DNA from: Patescibacteria group bacterium
GTDB lineage: Bacteria; Patescibacteriota; Minisyncoccia; UBA6257; Colwellbacteraceae
Length of the DNA stretch: 64,000 bases
Direction: 5' to 3'
NCBI GenBank assembly: GCA_023380305.1
Contig: JAMCQZ010000008.1
Span: 5,588-69,587, forward strand
Shown here: positions 61,778 to 64,000 of the stretch, piece by piece
Numbering within the stretch: position 1 is the stretch's first letter
Layout: every line of letters begins with the position of its first letter
Position numbers and translations under genes: made by a program
Notes under the pieces: model-generated
What the model saw: only the letters and a program-made list of their open reading frames with translations
What the model was told of the DNA's origin: nothing
The model's database searches: none

Positions 61778-62974
61778 CTACTTGCGTTTTTTCCTTAAAA
61801 ATGTCGGGATATCCCAGATATCCTCGTCGGTTTTGGGGGATTTGCCGATTTCAGGCTTCTCCTCCCCGGATTTTTCCTCGGGAATCTCTTTTTCGAGCTT
61901 CTTTCCCTCCCCGGATTTAGACGCCGGCTCCTCTTTAATCGAACTAAACAGGCTGAAAGTCTCCCTTTCGCGGCTCACCAGGCCGTTGAAGCCGGTGGCG
62001 ATCAAAATAATCTTCAACTGGCCCTGCTTAACCTTCCGGTCGTGATAGGCGCCAAAGATGATCCTCGCGCCGGGATCGACGTTCTCGGTTACCAGTTTGG
62101 CCGCTTCGTTGATTTCGGCCATTTTGAGGTCGGCGCCGCCGGAAACCCCGAAAAGCACGCCCTTGGCGCCGTCGATCGAAAACTCCAAAAGTGGCGAATT
62201 GATGGCCTGGGTGGCGGCTTTAATCGCCCGATCGTTGCCGGCCGCCTGGCCGACGCCGACGAAAGCCAATCCGCCGTTTCCCATAACCGCTTTGACGTCG
62301 GCAAAATCAACGTTCACGATTCCCGGAATGGAGACGATTTCCGAAATTCCCCTGACCGTGTTCCTTAATATCTCATCTATTTTAATAAACGCCTTGGTAA
62401 TCGAAGTGTCGTTACCAATAATGCTGAAAACGCGATCGTTCGGAATAACGATCAGCGAATCAACTTTGTCTTTCAATTTGGCGATGCCCTCTTCGGCGAT
62501 CCTGATTCTTTGCGAACCCTCGAAAGCGAAAGGCTTGGTAACGATGGCCACTGTGAGGATCCCCATCTCCCTCGCGATCTCGGCCACGACCGGAGTCGCT
62601 CCGGTGCCCGTGCCTCCGCCCATGCCGGCCGTCAGAAAAACCAAATCGGTGTTTTGAAGAGCCTCGGCGATGTCCGAACGATTTTCTTCGGCCGCCTGCC
62701 TTCCAAGATCCGGATTCATGCCCGTGCCCATTCCCTTGGTAAGACTGCGCCCGATATTTATCTTCTGTTTAGCCTCGCAATATTCCAAATCCTGGCTGTC
62801 GGTATTGATAGCCACAAAATCGACTCCCCTGATGAAATCCTCGTTCATCCTCGTTACGGCGTTGTTGCCGCCGCCGCCGATGCCGACCACCTTGATATGG
62901 ACGAAGACCGGATTGGTCCTCGGTTTACCCTGCCTTCTCACGCCCGTCCTCCATTTCTGCGTTTTCTTTTTCAT
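61778..62974 (-). CDS. ftsZ: Cell division protein FtsZ
   Basis: GGGGNNA, NTD, GGGTGTG, PFAFEG, NVDFADV, C-terminal DIPTFLR. Confidence 0.99.
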   Translation of the reverse strand: MKKKTQKWRTGVRRQGKPRTNPVFVHIKVVGIGGGGNNAVTRMNEDFIRGVDFVAINTDSQDLEYCEAKQKINIGRSLTKGMGTGMNPDLGRQAAEENRSDIAEALQNTDLVFLTAGMGGGTGTGATPVVAEIAREMGILTVAIVTKPFAFEGSQRIRIAEEGIAKLKDKVDSLIVIPNDRVFSIIGNDTSITKAFIKIDEILRNTVRGISEIVSIPGIVNVDFADVKAVMGNGGLAFVGVGQAAGNDRAIKAATQAINSPLLEFSIDGAKGVLFGVSGGADLKMAEINEAAKLVTENVDPGARIIFGAYHDRKVKQGQLKIILIATGFNGLVSRERETFSLFSSIKEEPASKSGEGKKLEKEIPEEKSGEEKPEIGKSPKTDEDIWDIPTFLRKKRK

Positions 62975-64000
62975 TCCGGTAAAAGATTTTGAAATATTTT
63001 GACGATTAGGTTGCCGCTTGGCTTGGATTTTACCCTACCTTGGTCCTTGCTGCAAAGAATAAGCCCCAAAGGAACAGACCACTCCGGAAGCTCCAGATAT
63101 TCGGCCAGCTCGTTCGTCGCCAGCTCGAAATATGAAGCCTGCGGCAAACCGATCTGAGTCGAAAGTTTGAGTTCCTGGCGGGCCAGGTCGACAATACCCG
63201 GAATTTTGGCTCCACCGCCGACTAAAACTGCGCCGGCCGGCAAGCGGCCGGATTTGCCGATGAGACGAAGCTCGTTATTCACCAATTCAAACATCTCCTG
63301 GATCCGCGATTCGATAACCTCGGCGATAAACTTCCGGGACGGCGAACCGCTGACGCTCAAGTCGATTTTTTTCAAATCGATGGTGTCGCGGCTCGAAACA
63401 TCTTTCGACAAAGCGTAGCCGTACGCCAGCTTCAATTTCTCAGCCGTTTCCACCGGTATTTTCAGGGCGATCGCCAGGTCGTTTGTTATGTGTCCGGCGC
63501 CGATCGGGAAAATGGCCGTGTGCAGGATTTTATCCTCCTCGTAGACAACAAGGCTCGTTGTCCCGAAACCGATATCGATAAGAGCCACGCCGAGTTCTTT
63601 TTGGTTTTTAGTGAGAACCGATCTCGCGGCCGCCAAAGGATTGAAAACCAAACCGCTGATGCTCCCGCCGGAAATCTCCACGCACTTCTGGAGATTTTTA
63701 ATGGCCGGGGCGAAGGCGTCGATAATCATACTCGAAACCTCGAGCCTCGCGCCGATCATCCCTTCCGGATCGCGGATGTCGTTCACTCCGTCAACCACAT
63801 ATTCTTTGGTGATCGTGTGCAAAATCGTCCGGTTCTGCGGAATATTGATCGCCTGCGAGGCCTTGACCACACGCTCGATGTCGTCTTCGTGGATTTCCGA
63901 ATTGGCCCGGGCCACGGCCACGATGCCGCGGGAAACCTGGGATTTAACATCAACGCTGCCGATGTTCAAAAAAATATTCTTGACGCTCGAACGGGAAATC
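62971..64000 (-). CDS. ftsA: Cell division protein FtsA, N-terminus beyond window
   Basis: DPEGMIG.RLE, LIDIGFGTT, GHITNDLA, AEKLK, VGGGAKIPG; directly upstream of ftsZ. Confidence 0.96.
   Translation of the reverse strand, partial: ISRSSVKNIFLNIGSVDVKSQVSRGIVAVARANSEIHEDDIERVVKASQAINIPQNRTILHTITKEYVVDGVNDIRDPEGMIGARLEVSSMIIDAFAPAIKNLQKCVEISGGSISGLVFNPLAAARSVLTKNQKELGVALIDIGFGTTSLVVYEEDKILHTAIFPIGAGHITNDLAIALKIPVETAEKLKLAYGYALSKDVSSRDTIDLKKIDLSVSGSPSRKFIAEVIESRIQEMFELVNNELRLIGKSGRLPAGAVLVGGGAKIPGIVDLARQELKLSTQIGLPQASYFELATNELAEYLELPEWSVPLGLILCSKDQGRVKSKPSGNLIVKIFQNLLPE

Overview
A 64-kb bacterial chromosomal segment with almost all genes on the - strand. The gene inventory and the many short orphans look like a Patescibacteria/CPR (Parcubacteria-type) genome; this is inference from gene style, not a database result. 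Housekeeping genes include ligA, murA, gpsA, truB, tsaC, rsmE, queA-tgt, queH, trpS, speD, two P-type ATPases, a DEAD-box helicase, nrdD-nrdG, ftsZ and a partial ftsA. Notable accessory structure: (1) a surface and signalling cluster in which a ~1920-aa repeat protein with a C-terminal dockerin, split by a single in-frame TAG, precedes a membrane-anchored cohesin, two stand-alone receivers, two stand-alone PAS proteins with a shared C-terminal helix, and a PAS histidine kinase; (2) tRNA-Asn(GTT) flanked on both sides by minimal GIY-YIG genes, each bounded by a duplicated piece of that tRNA, followed by a defective IS1595-type element carrying an intact restriction-modification fusion gene; (3) three paralogous orphan cassettes with near-identical promoter/SD ends but diverged coding cores; (4) three apparent initiation modes: leaderless (TATAAT 6-8 nt before ATG), an AAAGGTCG motif 16-23 nt upstream, and classical SD mostly on orphan genes; (5) small ORFs below the ORF-track cutoff, including a 38-aa, 9-Cys metallothionein-like peptide, plus a metK 3' scar, a frameshifted lactate permease and a candidate structured RNA. 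All family assignments come from motif recognition by eye.
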